A stretch of 32,000 bases of DNA, from assembly GCF_000092105.1 (NCBI RefSeq), contig NC_014148.1, positions 3,300,001 to 3,332,000 on the forward strand, in the 5' to 3' direction. How positions within the stretch are numbered: position 1 is the first letter of the stretch; each line of letters opens with the position of its first letter. Position numbers and translations under genes: made by a program. Positions 30,782 to 32,000 of the stretch are shown here, in pieces. The notes under the pieces were generated by a model that was not told the origin of the DNA, searched no databases, and saw only the letters and a list, made by a program, of their open reading frames with translations. Source of the stretch: Planctopirus limnophila DSM 3776 (GTDB taxonomy: Bacteria; Planctomycetota; Planctomycetia; Planctomycetales; Planctomycetaceae).

Positions 30782-31223
30782 AGAACATCCTTACTATTGC
30801 CAAAGTACAAGTGCCGACAGAGAGTGTCAAGCCGCAGCAACTGTGGGCAACAAATGATTTAACTGTTCAGAGCCACGCCACGACCCGACATACCTCGACC
30901 GGCTCTACCATGAACCAGAACTTGTGAAGTTTGAATTCGCGGAGAATAAAAATGGATTCTCCACAGCGAGAGACTGACTCCCCAAGAGCAGCGGAATGAA
31001 CCAATCTGGGAGAAATGGAAATTCTGCAAAAAGTTTAACGCCCATCTCTTTGCCTCCAATTTCTATATTGCCTGAAAATACTGAACACGCAGGGGCCGAT
31101 TTACCCGTTCCTGCTATTGTCTCCCATTGACGGATTTCGTCATAAATGGCAACGATCAAAAGTGTTTGAGCAAAGCCGCCTGACGGGCCGCAACCAGAAC
31201 CTTCCGCAGGAGCCAATAAATCC

Positions 31224-32000
31224 ATGACCACATTTCAGCAAGAGTCGGGCCAGTTCGTTTCCATCCACTCTTTGAAACATTCGGTTCCCGCCATACGGTT
31301 GGCAGGCCGCCGCTGGCTGGCCGGCTGGTCTCCCCGGGTTGTTGTACTGGCATTCGCCTGCCTGGCTGATGCCGGCGTGACAGATGCCTTACTGGGAATT
31401 GAAAACCCAAACTCCCGTTCGATGGCACAAGCCCAATTGTTTCGCCCATCGACAAGGCCACCAGGTTCTTCGACAAATCCACCCACTCCTCCTGGAACAC
31501 CGGGTGCCAATGTGATGACTGCTCCAGCAGATCCGATGCAGGCTGAAACCGAGGCGGCCTATCAGCGCGGTGATTTCCCCAAGGCTCTCCAACTGGCAGA
31601 AGCCATGCTCGCCCGTAATCCGAACAACGATATTGCGATTTACCTGAGAGGTTCGGCCCGCGTGGAACTCGGCATCCAGCAGCAGGATCTTGAACTCATT
31701 CGCAGTGGCATCGAAGACGCCCGCTCAGCACTCAAAGTCGGCGGCACAGATAAGATCAATTATTACCTCCCTTATCTCTACGGCATGACAGCATTAGCGG
31801 GCTTGGAAGAAAAACGGGAGCATGCCGAAGTCGTTATCAAGTTTGCCGACAGTATTCTGGCCCGGCCCAATTTACGCCCCGAAGAGCGGGCGAATCTGCA
31901 ATATCAGAAAGCCGGCGCTCAGGTTTACCTCAAGAATACCGAGCAGGCGATTGCTTCTTATCTGGCGGCCATTCAATCCAGCCCACAACATCTGGGCGCA
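31224..32000 (+). CDS. Secreted or membrane-anchored TPR-like protein. Partial: the 3' end lies beyond the window.
   Basis: Absent from the ORF track (no stop within the window). Hand translation from the ATG at 31224 is open for 259 codons to the window end: MTTFQQESGQFVSIHSLKHSVPAIRLAGRRWLAGWSPRVVVLAFACLADAGV...PSTRPPGSSTNPPTPPGTPG...AETEAAYQRGDFPKALQLAEAMLARNPNNDIAIYLRGSARVELG.... An in-frame TGA at 31167 lies upstream, and AGGAG sits 11 nt upstream of the ATG. Confidence 0.7.
   Translation, partial: MTTFQQESGQFVSIHSLKHSVPAIRLAGRRWLAGWSPRVVVLAFACLADAGVTDALLGIENPNSRSMAQAQLFRPSTRPPGSSTNPPTPPGTPGANVMTAPADPMQAETEAAYQRGDFPKALQLAEAMLARNPNNDIAIYLRGSARVELGIQQQDLELIRSGIEDARSALKVGGTDKINYYLPYLYGMTALAGLEEKREHAEVVIKFADSILARPNLRPEERANLQYQKAGAQVYLKNTEQAIASYLAAIQSSPQHLGA

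Noticed and set aside
30905-31231. 108-aa minus-strand ORF (and 30859..31059) in the gene-poor region.
   Set aside because: It has no Shine-Dalgarno sequence or recognisable motif, it overlaps the start of the plus-strand TPR-like gene, and its composition is unremarkable. I treated the region as non-coding pending transcript data.

Overview
This is a chromosomal segment that looks planctomycete. The clearest marker is three paralogous genes with the [43 protein letters not shown] prepilin-type N-terminus and a C-terminal H-X9-DG motif, typical of the DUF1559 family expanded in Planctomycetota. I support about 25 protein-coding genes.

The left ~14 kb looks accessory or niche-related. It holds a DPP-IV-like peptidase (partial, runs off the window start), an enolase-superfamily enzyme, an alpha/beta hydrolase and a DHDPS-family lyase. 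It also holds two 'DUF1559 + small lipoprotein' cassettes that bracket a membrane protein and an HTH-REC/histidine-kinase pair, plus a third orphan DUF1559 gene and a secreted phosphodiesterase.

The right ~18 kb is a minus-strand run of conserved housekeeping genes. In transcription order these are nusA, infB, rbfA, an EndoIII-like protein with a histone-H1-like lysine-rich tail, a large TPR protein, yebC, recA, an S1C/PDZ protease and alaS. A TPR-like gene on the plus strand runs off the window end.

By eye I found no rRNA, tRNA, CRISPR array, transposase, integrase or recognisable defence system. I do not see a compelling new multi-gene system. The most noteworthy items are:
- the duplicated DUF1559/lipoprotein cassette around a two-component system;
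- the EndoIII-fold/H1-like-tail protein next to an RbfA with an acidic tail;
- a perfect 7-3-7 palindrome in the recA promoter;
- a ~1 kb gene-poor stretch upstream of nusA, with no rimP, containing a strongly terminated small ORF or sRNA;
- several structured or repeat-bearing long intergenic regions upstream of the DUF1559 genes.

All family assignments come from motif recognition by eye. No database search was run.
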